A stretch of DNA of 64,000 nt, from the NCBI RefSeq assembly GCF_009914755.1, contig NC_060947.1, one strand, 5' to 3'. The notes beneath the pieces were generated by a model. That model had not been told where the DNA came from, searched no databases, and was given only the letters and a program-made list of their open reading frames with translations. This DNA comes from the human T2T-CHM13v2.0 reference genome, Homo sapiens. The translations under genes were made by a program, and so were the position numbers. Shown in pieces: positions 1 through 14,373 of the stretch (the stretch's first letter is position 1; the number at the start of each line of letters is the position of its first letter).

Positions 1-699
1 AAATAATAATACACTATGCAGTTTTCTCCAACTTGATTTTTTTTGTTTACCAATATATCCTGGAGAGTGCTCCAAATCAACATATAGAAATAGTTATTTT
101 TTATAATTGCATAATATTCAATTATTTTATTTGTCAAGTCCTCTATTAATGGTTATTTAATCATCCCAATTTTTTCCATAACACATACTTCCATAATCAG
201 CAACATTTTCATATTTCCCCAGTGTTTCTTTGATTTTGAGAATTGGGATTTATAGGCCAACATGTATTCATATATGCTAGATCTTGCCAAATTCCCCTCC
301 ATAAGAATTTTGCCTTTTTGTAGGGAGTTTAGTCTTTTTAAAAAGTTTCTCAGGTGATTTTGTGACTTAAACCACTGGTTTAAGTCATTGTTACTGGGTT
401 TTTGTTGCTTGTTTTGTTATTGATGCTAAACACATAATAACCTAGTGTAAACTACATAATTGGAATCTTCCTACTAGATCCAATACTAGTAGAGATCACG
501 GACTGTGCTGTGTTCTTAATACCCACAGTGGCTAGCACAGGGACTAGAACAAAGCTTATTAAATGTATGTTGAGTGTTAAATGAGGCAGTGAAATGTAGT
601 GACATCACCGTTAATCTATTTCTTATAAAAAATATATTACTGTGCCTGCCTCTACATCAGATGTTTCATTCTCTGAAGGCATGAAGTGGGTATTATTGA

Positions 700-1020
700 T
701 ACATTAATGTAGCAAACATTTATTTAGAGTGTACCATGTGACAGTAGTATTCTAGATGATGTACATAGAATAAAAACAAAACAGGCAAAAATCTATGCCC
801 CTGTGGAGTATTACATTTTAGCAGAATTTAAAGAATTTAAGAATTGAATATAAGCGGGATAGTACTTAGTGTTAATAAGAATATTATAACAGTGTGACCA
901 TGAGACTGACAGGGATTTTAAGCTGTGGCTAGACCTGCCCATGCCTTTTAAGCAGAAACCTGAATTAAGTGAAAGATGGCTTGGCATAGAGGGCATCTTT
1001 GAATATTCATTGAATTAATG
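700..1020. mobile_element. L2 LINE fragments
   Basis: L2-like motifs (catttatttagagtgtaccatgtg..., gaattaatgaat tail); highly diverged. Confidence 0.5.
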
Positions 1021-1183
1021 AATATGACTGCCAAGAGAATCTTCTGCCTCTGGCTATGTACCAGTCACCAGATTAGGGCATCTCTCCCTATTCCTGTATG
1101 CTAAGTTCCTCCCTTTCCATCCCCTAAAATGTCCCATAAGAAATCCACCTGGGACAAACTGGACCTCCGGATCCTGAGTGATA

Positions 1184-1219
1184 AGCTGGGATTACAGGCA
1201 TGAGCCACCGTGCCTGGCC
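1184..1219 (-). mobile_element. Short Alu 5'-end fragment
   Basis: gctgggattacaggcatgagccaccgtgcctggcc with no remaining Alu body. Confidence 0.8.
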
Positions 1220-1399
1220 ATAATTGACTTAGATTTAAATTAAATCTTTTTACTTCCACTTATTAATGATGCAATAGTTTTTTCTTGCTCTCCTTTTCCT
1301 TGTTCCTTTTTCTTCTCTTTTAATGCTCTCTTTCTGTCTCAAAATCTAAAACGTTTTCATATTCTTTCACCCTAGTCCCCAAACTTTGTTTTTGTCTTT

Positions 1400-4300
1400 G
1401 TAAATGCTGAAAGTCACAATTCCCAATGAAGGCAAAACAGTTATGAATATTTATGCACAAGATAACACATGCATATTTTTATAAAGCACAAATTATAGGA
1501 GATGCAGGGAGGAATATACAGGAACATGCCAATAACAGAGTATAACACAACTGTCCAAGACAGGCCAAATGGACAAAAAATAAGCAAGGATATAGAAGAC
1601 CTATTTCACATAATCAATAAGGTAGATCTTCTGGATATATATCAAACTTTACAACTAGATAATTGAAAAATACTTTCTCAAGCACCCAAGGAATATTCAT
1701 AAAACTTTACCATATTCCAGGTCACAAAGAAAGTATCATCAAATTCAATAATGTAGAAATAACACAGCCAGCATTCATTTGTCATAATGTATAGCTAAAA
1801 AAATAAGTCTTTCCCAGGTTAAATTTTAAAACTCTCTACTTAAAGCAAAATAAAATAAAAACTCCTGAGTGAAAGGGGAAATACAAACCAAAATTGCAGT
1901 TTTAAAAAACAAAACAATGTTATTAGAAAGTCTACGTAGCATAATATGTGTGATACGTATTTCAACCCTAAAGTTAGGCAAAGGTCAACAAAGTAAACCA
2001 AAAGAAAACACAAGGAAGCAATAATAAAGATAAAAGGAAGCACTAATGAGACAAGAAATGGAAGAGCAATAGAACTAAATTAATCAAAATTCTCTTTCCT
2101 TAAAATAAATTAACATCATGCTTAATACCTAATATATTACTTAATATAATAAACCACTATTACTACTTAATATAATAAAAACCACTACTTAATATAATAA
2201 AAAAGAGAAAACAGAGATACACAAAATAAAAAATGAAACGGAATAACTATTAAAACAGAAAAAAATTTAAAAAATAATAATAAAAGACTGTTTTTTCACA
2301 ATAAATTGAAAACCCAAAGGATAAGTACGATTTCCTAGGAAAAAATAATTCATCAAAATTGACACCAATAGTGATGAAACTCTTAAGGACCAATTTTAAT
2401 AGAAGAAATCGAGAGATTTATTAAACCACTTCCTCAAAAACAAGTATCAGGCTTTAATATTTCCACAGGGTGATTTTACCAAAATTTAAGCACCAACTAA
2501 TCATAACGCTACATATGTTATTACTCTCAGTGCTACACAACATTTTCCAAAGCATAGAAAATAAAGAAAAATTCAAATTACTATTATAAAGCAAATATAA
2601 CATTGATACCAAAACCTGATGGAGACAGTATAACAAAAGAAGTTACAGATCAATTTCAATTTTGAATATTGATACAAATCTCCTAAATTAAATATGAGTG
2701 GACAGAATCTAACACCACATTAAGAAAATAATGCATCAGGAACAAGTAGGATTTATTCCAGGTAATCAGGGGTGATTCAATAATTAAGGAATCAATTAAT
2801 GTAATTCATCTTATGATAGGTCTAAGAAGAAAAAGCATATGAAAATTTCCAGAAATCCTTATAAATCCTTATAAATGTTCATTCCAACAAACCAAAACAA
2901 AACAAAACAAAATGAAAAAATACTCAATAAAATGATGTATGCTTCATATATATTATGTATGTGTGTATATAACAAGTATATGATATATACACACATGCAC
3001 ATAAAGAAGTACCCACTGTATGTCTGAATAACTACAAATGTAAATACTAAAATTTCTAATGGAAAACACAAGAGGCATTCCTGCTAAGGTTAAAAGCAGG
3101 GAAAGAGTTGCCCAGTCTCTCAGCTATTCAATTTGTTGGCGGTATTAGCCAACACAATTAAAAAACAAACCCTACAAAAACAAGTATAGGCATGAGAATT
3201 ACGAACATATTGTAATTCTATTTGTAGATTATATGGTATTTTACTTGGCCAACTTGAGAAGTGTAAAGATGAAACTAACACAAACAATAAAAGATTTGAA
3301 AAATTTAGAAGGATATAAATTAAAATACAAATTCAATGACTTTACATACTTATAAACAATAACAAGAAACAAAATATAATGAAAGAAAAAATCTCTGTAA
3401 TAACAATAAAGAAGATAACAATCTTAGGAATAACTGTGACAAATAATGTGGAAAACCTGTGTGAGGAAAGATTTAAAGACTCCTGAATGCTCTAATTCTT
3501 ATATAGGAAAGTTAACATTATTAAGATGTCAGCTAGTTTATAAACTTAATGAAATCTTAATTAAAAATATGCCAGCAAGTTTTCTTTTCTCTAGAGAAAG
3601 ACAAGTTGATTCTAAAGTTCCTCTTGAGGGTGAGGGAAACACCATGCAGGAACAGCTACAACAATCTCTGAAAAAATAATAGCAGTGAGGAAAGACTAAC
3701 CCAACCAGGAATAAAACATGCTATTAAGTCTCAATAATTAAAATTGTATGGTACTGGCACTCCAATGAACAGAATAGAAATGTATGAAATACACCCATAC
3801 ACATATGGAAAATTCATATATAATAAATGTGACAACATATAACTAGGGAACAGAAAAACATTTTTAATGAATGCTGTTAGGACAATTGGGTAGCCATTTG
3901 GTAAAAGATAAAATTTGATCCATAACTCGTAGAAAGAATAATCTCCATGTGGTTTAGAGATCCTCATGTAAAAAATGAAGTTCTTTAATACTAGAAGGGA
4001 ATACAGATAGATTCTGTAATAACCTGGGAGCGTGGAAAGGACTTCTATCAAGGAATCCAAATCCAGACACAATCAAATAAAAATTGATAAATAGCCCCTC
4101 CAGAATAAAGAAGAAGACACATTTTGGCCTAGCAAAAAATGAAAACAAAAACAGAGAAATAAACAAATAAAAAATAATAAATTTGGAGAAAATATTTTCA
4201 AAATATATTTTAAAAAAGCTAATATCCTCAATAAATGTAAAGCACTCTTTAAAATCAAATAAAAAAGGTCATAAACCCATTACATAAATTGGCAAAAGAC

Positions 4301-4430
4301 CTAAACAAATAGTTTACAAAACAAGCCCACACAAATGGCCCTGAACTATATCAAAAGATGGTCAAATCTACTCATAATTACAGAAATGTAAATTAAAGCT
4401 ACTTTGAAATACCATTTCTCACCTATCAGG
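1400..4430 (+). mobile_element. Old L1M ORF2 remnant (degenerate)
   Basis: A-rich, collinear L1 ORF2-like motifs (atgaatatttatgcac, aagtaggatttattccagg, tggtactggcac, gacaattgggtagccatttgg, ataccatttctcacctatcag); many stops. Confidence 0.85.
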
Positions 4431-4936
4431 TTGTCTGTTCTCTGTTTCTGTCTGTTGCAATTCAGGCACCGTTATTTCAAACGTTTATTATTTTAGGTTT
4501 ATTATACAGTACACTGAAGAATAAGCTACTGCTAATCAAGCTACCTATAAAGAACAAGGAGTAGAATCTACTAGATAGAAAGTGCTCGAATAAGCACTAA
4601 CTATCTTTATTTCAGTTCATCCCAGTCATGAATAATATATCACCTGGGTGCTCCTCCAACAGTTTGGGAAACAATTGGTGTCCTCCATCCAGTACACCCC
4701 CATCATGCAAGCACTCCACATGTGCACACACCTGCTAACAATAATAAAATTTCCATATTCGCATAATCATCTCCCAATTATGGAGCCAAATAACTTATAA
4801 GGTAGTGAGTATCTTTGGGAAAAGAATTTTGTTGGCTCTATTTTCTCACTGAGCTGACAAAGAAGAGGATGCTGGCAGCTCAGGAAAAGCTGCCTTTGGT
4901 GTGTCAAGTCTGAATGAGACTGGGTCAAGTGTATGA

Positions 4937-4984
4937 GTTACCATGACAACGACACGATCAGGATGCATCATCTCCCATAGCAAC
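4937..4984. promoter_or_regulatory. Paired RFX X-box-like motifs
   Basis: GTTACCATGACAAC (4937-4950) matches the X-box consensus GTTNCCATGNNAAC; a second, weaker TCTCCCATAGCAAC lies at 4971-4984 in non-repetitive sequence. Confidence 0.5.
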
Positions 4985-6096
4985 TGCATTGAGGGGGCCT
5001 AGTGTCTGAGTCGAAGCTTTCTCTCAGCATCAGACCTTATTTGAATCCACATCTAAAGCTACACCCTGGGGTGCTAGCTAAAAGGATACATGGAGAATAT
5101 AAAGAACCACAGAGGCTAGAATTATATAACTAATTTCAGCAGCTTCATCATTTTAAACCCGTCACTACTATAGTAAACCCACCACTACTATAGTAAAGTG
5201 TGGGACAGCAGTCTAAACGAGGGCTGAAATGCCTGAAATAGCCAAGCATGGGAATATCCCACCCAGTAAATAGTCCAGTTTTGAGGTTAAAAGCAAAAAA
5301 AATGCATCTCCATTGTAAGGCAGTCTCCATAGCCTGCAATGTCCACACCACACTCATCTAATGCCTCCAATCCTAGGTGACAATGGAACTACAAAATCAA
5401 AGCTGACTCTATAATCCCTGCTGTTTTCAGACTAATTCACACACAATTAACGTGGAGAATATGAAAAATTTCCCCAAGTGGGATTATTAGTCATGCAGCC
5501 CTTTTCAATTTCTACCGGTACCCAAAACTGCTACAATAAAATTTAGTGAAACACCCTCAAGAACAGAATTGCCTGATAGCCAAATGCTGGACTAGCCCAC
5601 CAGAAAGTAGCCTACTTTTGGAGTTAAAAGGTGGAAAGAGTATCTTTATAGGTTAACATGATGGCAAGCCAATCCCTGCATATATCCTGACAAACCCTGA
5701 AGAAAGTATTGTTCTGTTTTCTCAGAGTAATAGGGTAAATGCAAGAGATTGTGTAATTCCCCTACGTTAAATCCAGCACTTCTTATGTGACAACCTATAT
5801 CCAAGCAATCATGGGTACAAATGTCTTACATATCTCATAATTTGCATGCTTCATAATGTGCTCGCATCTTTTGTAGAGCTCGTTTCACAATGACACAGAA
5901 GAGTAAACTCCTAGCCTCATGTCAAAAATCAGAAAATTGAAGTTTTAGAAAAAAGAGGCTGATCACCAAAGGGTCTTTGATATGACCAACACCCAACACC
6001 CAAACACTCATTAGTTCTCAAAATGCATACCCATAATTGGGGGAAAATATCATTGAAAAGCAGAGAAGAGACACTTGGTGATTTACTGACCAACTA

Positions 6097-6426
6097 CAGT
6101 AGTCCCTCCATAACCATGGGGAAACGGTTCCAGGACTCCCTCCATGAATACCAAAATTCTCAGATGTTCAAGTCCCTGATATAAAGTGCATAGTATTTGC
6201 ATATAACCTACACACATCCTCCCCTATACTTTAAAGTACCTTCTGATTACTTATAATACCTAATACATGCCAAAACATCACTCATTCATGTGGATTCAAC
6301 ATAGTATTCAGCATGTAGCAAATTCAAGTTTTGTTTTTTTGAACTTGGTAGAATTTTATTTTTTTTCAAGTGCAGTTGGTTGAGCCCACAAATGCTGCGT
6401 AACCCATGGATACCGAGGGCTGACTG
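6097..6426 (+). mobile_element. MER2B-like TcMar-Tigger MITE
   Basis: TA-flanked; TIRs cagtagtccctc... and ...gagggctgactg; internal MER2 motif gcatataacctacacacatcctcc. Confidence 0.85.
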
Positions 6427-7833
6427 TACTTCCATAAGACCACTCGTTCTATGGTAAGAAGGAAATGTACTAGGGAATGAGGAAATTTGAGTTATGCAAG
6501 GCTCAGCAATAGCAGATGACTGCACAGACTAGCACAGAGCAAACAGCGTGAATGAGAATTAATGGTAATGTGAGGAAATGAATTTTGCAAGCCAAAAGAT
6601 AACAAACCCATGAGTCTAGTTGAGGTCACTTGTTCCCTACTAAGTAGAAAGATCCAGTAAAGGAGAGTGAGCCTTATGCAGTCTCCAAATGCAGTAATAC
6701 TTTAATAACACCAAAGACAGCAAAGTGGTGATGTCAGTTTTAAACATGTGGTGAAGGACAGGCACAGTAATGTAATGTTATAATAAAACAATTAAATATG
6801 ATGCCAATACATCTCACTAAGTCGTATGACATACTTCGAGTACACATTTACTAACCACCTGCTTTGTGATTGCCCCTGTGTTCTAGTAGGCAGATTCAGA
6901 TGTGAAGTTTGCATCACATGGGGAAAATTTTAGTGTCAATAAGAATAATAACTGACATGCATTCAAACGCATCAAATATGATTACATCTTTAGTCCATAG
7001 TAACTCTAAAGGAGCAATGACCACATGTCTACCATTATAAAATTTTAGAGAATGAATTCACTATGCCAAATTGGGTAAAGAGAGGCAAATAGTGAAACAA
7101 TTGTCCTGTGTTTGGCGTATGAATTGTATCTCTTGGTTACCAAATATTAGATGAGGTTAGTTCTCACTATTGAAGAATTCCAGCTAATAAAAAAAAACAG
7201 ATATAATTAAAACATCTCAATTTTAAGTCTCAAATGACACGAATGATCTAGGCAAAGACGGCCAATATCTGCTCTCATTACAAAAAGAGGGACAACCATA
7301 CAGTTTGTGACTCCTGAAAGGCTAATGTGACACTGTCTCTGAAGTATTCATGCCAAATTATGAAGCCAATAGATAGATATAACTTCCAATTTACAAGAAA
7401 GGCAGGGGACAAAAGAGAGTGTTAAACAACACCAATGAAAAGAAATTAGCAAAATCCAGCATGTGGAAGACTGTAGAATAAAGGATTCATTTCTCACAAG
7501 AAAGGGATTTTACCAAGGATTAACAGGCATATCAACCAATTGCATGAGACCAGATGGGATCTGGAGTTTAAAAAAAACTACGTGAAAACATTAATGATAC
7601 AATACAGGAAATATTATCTGTGAATAATATTGAAGAATTAAGCAACTATTCATTATTGTTTAGGCATGATAATGGTATGTATCATATTTTAAAGTAGTAT
7701 TTTTTTAAATGTCTTTCCCTTTGAGAGATATATTCTGCAGTATATATAGATTAACTAATATGTCTGGAATTTTCCTGAAGCTATGCTGGAGTGGTGGGGG
7801 AACTTAATGGGTGTAAAAGAAATAATATTGACA

Positions 7834-8145
<312 letters not shown>

Positions 8146-8169
8146 TTAGAAAGAATTTATGATTGTTGA

Positions 8170-8499
<330 letters not shown>

Positions 8500-8739
8500 G
8501 TGGGTTCTTTATCATATAATAGCTTGTCATGTATCTGCTTGATAGAATTTATAACAAAATTTTTTTTTTTAATGTCCAAAGCCATCACGAAATAGACTAC
8601 TGAAATCAAAATTTCTGGATATGGGCCAGGGTTTTAGTACTTCTAAAAGCTACCTTCAAATGAGTTTAGAGCCAATGATCAACAAGGCCTCATATTTTTT
8701 TTCTTGTAATAAGAATCAGAGGTTAAAATACAAGGAGAT

Positions 8740-8949
8740 ACACCAGGGGCATACATTCACAGAGGGACAACCCTGTGAAGAGGTAACAGAGGGGAATCAT
8801 CTGCAAGCCAAGGAGGGACACCTCAGAGGAAATCAGCCAGGCTGGCACCTTGATCTTGGCTTCCAGCCTCCAGAACTGTGAGAAAATAAACTGTTTTTAA
8901 GCCAGCCAGTCTGTGGATTCTATTATGGCAGCCCAAGCAAACTAATACG
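8740..8949 (+). mobile_element. MaLR (MLT1/MST-like) LTR 3' part
   Basis: caccttgatcttggcttccagcctccagaactgtgagaaaataaa...gcagcccaagcaaactaatac. Confidence 0.85.
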
Positions 8950-9295
8950 CTTCCCCATACTATCCCTGCTGCCCATTCTGTAGAGCCGACTCACACATGA
9001 TAAGTAAGATTGCAGGAACTCAGTTGTGCACTGACACAGGAGCTGAAGGCCTAACACTCTTCCTGGGAGGCTGTGAGGCTTGACGATTTTACCATACTCA
9101 GAAGTGCTGCCATGCTGGTCATGTTGCCAGCAGGTCTGGCCATAATCGCAAGGAACGAATCTGACAAACATTTGGTTCCATGAGCTCCAGAAGAGCCCAG
9201 CTTACGCCCTGCCAGAACATCAAAGAAAGATCCTAGAAGGCCTTTCTTATGCTCCACAACTTCCCTTCATGCCAACAAGAGATTGCCATTCATAG

Positions 9296-9643
<348 letters not shown>

Positions 9644-9958
9644 CCAATATGTGACCCTTTTGCTTCCTCTGGAACCTACTGTAGACTTACTAACCTTTCT
9701 AAATAGGAAATCAAAGCACAGCAAGATGAAAACATTTCTGTTCACAGTAGATAATGTAGGTAAGAGCAAAGGAAGCAGAACGGATCAAAGGATGTCCCTT
9801 GTTTATTAATCTGATTATATCTTGTCAATATTTACATGCTTACCTATTAGTTATAAAATCTGTTTAGCAATAGATGAAGTGAACCACTCAGATCTGAAAA
9901 TGAGAAAAGAAAAGTAGTGGAGTGTCAATCATCTTGGCGTGTAAATAAGAAAGGTGTT

Positions 9959-10355
<397 letters not shown>

Positions 10356-10824
10356 CTAAGGTGACTGAGCTTCCCTGGAAATGGCTGGGAGGTGTAAGAC
10401 ATCTCTGCTCTCATCTTGAAATAATTCATCCACTAAGGAGAGAAATTTACTATCAAAGTTCCGAGAAATTCGTGTAGATAATATATTATTTCATTTAATT
10501 TAATCTTTAGTAGAAAATAAATGATCTATGACGAAAAACCCTCTTAACTCTTTTCTGCCTGGTAGAATTCAGAACATCTCACTCCCTCATTTATTGAAAC
10601 ACCACATCTATTATTTGGCAGGCTTGTCAGTGGGAGAAGAATCTTACTTAATCTTTGCCTCAACACTCTAAAATACCCAAGATGTGACTGAAAATGCATA
10701 CAATAAATTATGCACATGCCTATAGTGGGCTACTAAAGGTTGGTTCTAAATTATTCATACCAGCTCAAATGAAAATGGAAAACTAGTTATTTCTATCCTT
10801 TCAAATATATTTATGGGAAGAAAA

Positions 10825-10925
10825 AGTGTGAATGTGATTAATGCCACTGAATTATACACTTAAAAATGGTTAAAATGGCAAAAATTTTTATACATATGTA
10901 AACACCATAAATACTCTTTAAAAAA
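10825..10925 (+). mobile_element. L1M 3' terminal fragment
   Basis: gtgaatgtgattaatgccactgaattatacacttaaaaatggttaaaatgg. Confidence 0.75.
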
Positions 10926-11719
10926 TCTTTAAGAGTTTTAACCAGGAACCAGAAAAGTCTGAAAAGTCCTAGGGCCAGATGCACTCATCTCTAAGGTGAC
11001 ACCTACGTTCTGTCTCTGGATAATGATTACAGAGTCCAGATGAGTGTCCAGCACACAGTGAGGGCTTCAAAGGTACTAGCTGCCACTTTATCATCTGTCC
11101 TTGCCCATTCTAACAGATGGTGTATCTGTGATGTCTCAGGGACAAACTTCACGTACCTGTAAACTTTTCTGCTTGGTCTTTGCCTCCCGCTCTCTTCTGC
11201 TGTTTCCAATATTCTGTTAAATTCAAATACATGAATTCTTAGTTTCAGGGTTTGAAATTTTCAGTTCTCCATTTTTCAATGTATGATCAATATGATTGAT
11301 TTTTAAATTCCAGTTTTCTGTTGAAATTTAAATTTTGTCATCCATATTTGAACATACCAATTATAATTACTTCATTGTCCATGTCTGATAACTCCAATAT
11401 TGAAGGGTTGTGGGTATTTTTCTTTGTGTTTTTATTCTCTTGACCTGTTCTGATATGGACAGGAGGCAAGGAAATACCGGGTACAAGAGGGCAGTTCCCC
11501 AGCAAAGGCCCCACCCTCAAGTCTGGAAACCCACAGCCTTAAATAGAACATGCATTCCCGTTTTGGTGCCCAAATGTTGCCTTTTCCAAGAGCACTCTGG
11601 CCTGCCATGCCCCTATCCTGTACCCATGTAAACCCCAAACCCCAGGCTCCACAAGCAGAAGAGTGGAAGAGCACAAGAGCAGCAGAATGACACAGCATGG
11701 AAGGAGAAAAGAGAAGGAG

Positions 11720-11818
11720 TGGCCATCCCACAGCCAATCTCCTCTCCAACCATCCCTGGAGGAGTTGGAGGAGTTCGGCTGGGGATGGTTGGAGAGGAGA
11801 TTGGCTGTGGGATGGCCA
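11720..11818. repeat. Perfect 37-bp inverted repeat, 25-nt loop
   Basis: 11720-11756 is the exact reverse complement of 11782-11818. Confidence 0.95.
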
Positions 11819-12029
11819 GACTCCAGGGAAAGATCATCTTCCCACTCCATCCCCTTTCCAGCTCCCCAGCCTTTCTGCTGAGAGCCACCTCCATCACTCA
11901 ATAAAACACCCGCATTCACCACCCTTCAAGTCCGTGTGTGACCTGATTCTTCCTGGACCTCAAACAAGGACCCAGGTACCAAGACCACAGAGTGTAAAAG
12001 GCTGTCACCCTGACTCTCCACTCAGCTGG

Positions 12030-12225
12030 TTTAACACTTTAAACTGTTAAACTGTTTAAACTGTTTGTTAAACTGTTAAACTGTTTAAACTGTTGGTTAA
12101 ACTGTTAAACTGGTAAAACTGTTTGTTTAACTGTTAAACTGGTTAAACTGTTTGTTAAACTGTTAAACTGGTTAAACTGTTTGTTAAACTGTTGAACAAC
12201 TGTTAAACTGTTAAACTGGTTTAAT
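12030..12225. repeat. Imperfect tandem repeat of TTAAACTG/TTTG units
   Basis: About 20 copies of (T)TAAACTG with a higher-order period of ~28-29 bp. Confidence 0.95.
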
Positions 12226-13094
12226 AGTTGCTGGCAACTGCTAAAAGAGTATTAATTGTAACTCACCCTTAAACACTACCCTGGGGATGAAGCCAAAAAG
12301 CACTTGCCCCGGCTCCTGCACTTGCCTGTCTGCGGGCTCCCCCTCCTGAAAGGGGTTTCAGCTCTCCGAGGCTAAGCCATGACCCCTCACAAGTCCCGTG
12401 AGGGGGCCAGGGAACTCTCCTGTTTCATTTATTAATAAGTCTGGTAATTGAATTAAATGTCGGGCATTGTTATTGAAAAAGTTTATGGGCTCTACATGAT
12501 GTTATCCCCCTCCCTAGAAGATTCATCCTGTCTTCTGGCAGGCTGCTAGTGTAGGGACAATCACATTCATCCAATCAGAGACTTAGCTGACATAGGGATG
12601 CTTCAGACTTTATAAAGCTTCATCTATCTATGATTTTTTTTTCCTCCCAAGCTGCAGCTCTCCAGGACCCCCAACTGTGAGTCTGGGGTGCTTTTTGAGG
12701 GTCCCATTTTGGGTGACTTCTGAATTCAGTATTTTGCCATGCAATGCCATGAGATGGCAGATAAATCTGTTGAGACTTAAGTGCTATCTGCTGAGGTTCT
12801 TAGTGGCATGTCCTCTGTAGATTAAGTGTGAACAAACGCCTCCAGAAAGAAAACCACCCCATATGGATCTCACTTCTGTCTCTCCTTCTTCTTCCTAAGA
12901 TCTTTACTTCTTAGGCACTGACTGGTTTGGAAGTCTGAGTTCCAAATTTTGTTTCCCTAGTCCCATGAAATTTTCTGAAGAGCTGATGTCTTCGCTGCTT
13001 CTTAGCAGGTGTTTTGCATATAAAATTATGTCCTCTCACCAGAGAAGTTTAGGATTCTGCATATTCCCTAAGGGAAAAAGCAGCACAAGATTGT

Positions 13095-13270
13095 AGGATT
13101 TTAGCCCCATAACCTTTGGCAAATTATTTAAATTGTATGTGCTCTAGTTCCCTCATACATAAAATAAAGATAAAACCTACTTCATTGTATTATGAGGAGG
13201 ATTAGCTCAATGCGTTTAAAGCACTAAAAACAATGGCAGGACAAATACTCTATAACTTTTGCCCTTATTA
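13095..13270 (+). mobile_element. MIR
   Basis: MIR core: tagttccctcatacataaaataaagataaaacctacttc. Confidence 0.7.
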
Positions 13271-13664
13271 AGCACAGAAAGTACTCCAAGACACATTGTG
13301 AGATGAAAAAATGCTGGGTCCACACACCATTTGCTACTCACCATTGATATACAAAGAGGAGTTTGGAATGATGTATATGCTTGAACACCAGTGATATACC
13401 TCTGGAAATGTCTCTAAGAGCCCAATGGAAAAGAAAGGTGGCCTTTGGGGTAAAGTTCTGGATAGTTCAGCAAGGTGGTGAGAAGAATCCATTGCTTGCA
13501 TAGTTTTGAAACCTTGGAATTTTATACCAAGTGTGTATGTATCACCTATTCCTTTTAAAAATCTTTGTTAAAGGAAAGAACAGAAAAGAAAAAGAAATAG
13601 CAGGCTTTGGAGTTATGCAGTCCTGAATTTGTGACCCTTCTCTACCATGTAGGTAAAGCAATAT

Positions 13665-14235
13665 AATGAGGGGCCTCCTGAAAAAGGAATATGTAGAGTC
13701 CTTTGTCAGAAAAGCAGCAAAAGCTGACTTTCCTTTCTTATTCAGTCTCTCTTTTGACCTCTCACAATTTTTGTAGTTGCAATTTAATGTGGTGCTGCCT
13801 CAGTTAAGGGGACATGCATAGGGTGAGTGGAGATCCTCCCAGGTGTCCAGAGCCCTGCCCTGTGGCTTGGCATTCCCACCCTTCCCCTCCCTGCACCCAC
13901 ACTCAGGCCCTCTCCTGTGGGCGAAGTGCAGCAGCAGTCGCTGGGGTGGCAGAGGGAAGGGCAATCTGAGAGGGTGGGTGGGTGATTGGGCAGCAGAGAA
14001 CCTGTCCCAGTGAGGCCAGGAGGTGGTGGGAGCTGGACCACATGACAGCTGAGGCTCAAGAACCTCAGCAAACACTGCATTGTTTAATCAGACCTCACCT
14101 ACCAAGCACAAATTCAAGGAAAAAAAACAGTTAAGAATTTCAAGACAGCCACACTAAACCTCAAGCCTAAGGACCCATTCTGAGCATGGAGCCCTGTGGG
14201 ACTATCTTGGTTGCAGTCCTATGAAGCTAGCCCTG
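13665..14235 (-). mobile_element. MER45-family hAT-Tip100 element inside a MIR
   Basis: Terminus ...atgaagctagccctg and ttaagaatttcaagacagcc match the MER45 reverse complement. Confidence 0.65.
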
Positions 14236-14373
14236 GTACCACATCCTACCTGTGTGCCATGATTTACTTATCTGTGGCTTCAGTTTCCTCATGAGTAATG
14301 TGGATATTGAAAAAAAAAAAAAAAGAAAAAGAAAAAAACCTCACACTTTTTTTCTAAGACTTAAATAAGATAT

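Larger units (their letters stand above)
11451..12427 (+). mobile_element. MER50-like solo LTR (ERV1)
   Basis: TG...CA ends; tgatatggacaggaggc... start and ggaactctcctgtttca end; AATAAA at ~11900. Confidence 0.8.
11030..13100 (-). mobile_element. Old L1M fragment interrupted by MER50
   Basis: T-rich antisense L1-like sequence on both sides of the LTR. Confidence 0.5.

Noticed and set aside
2138-2200. Three copies of tacttaatataataa
   Set aside because: Ordinary slippage duplication in AT-rich old L1
11410-12050. Dense overlapping ORFs with the same peptide on both strands
   Set aside because: Artefact of the GC-richer LTR and the 37-bp inverted repeat
12030-12225. CRISPR-like array
   Set aside because: No unique spacers, eukaryotic context, units abut directly
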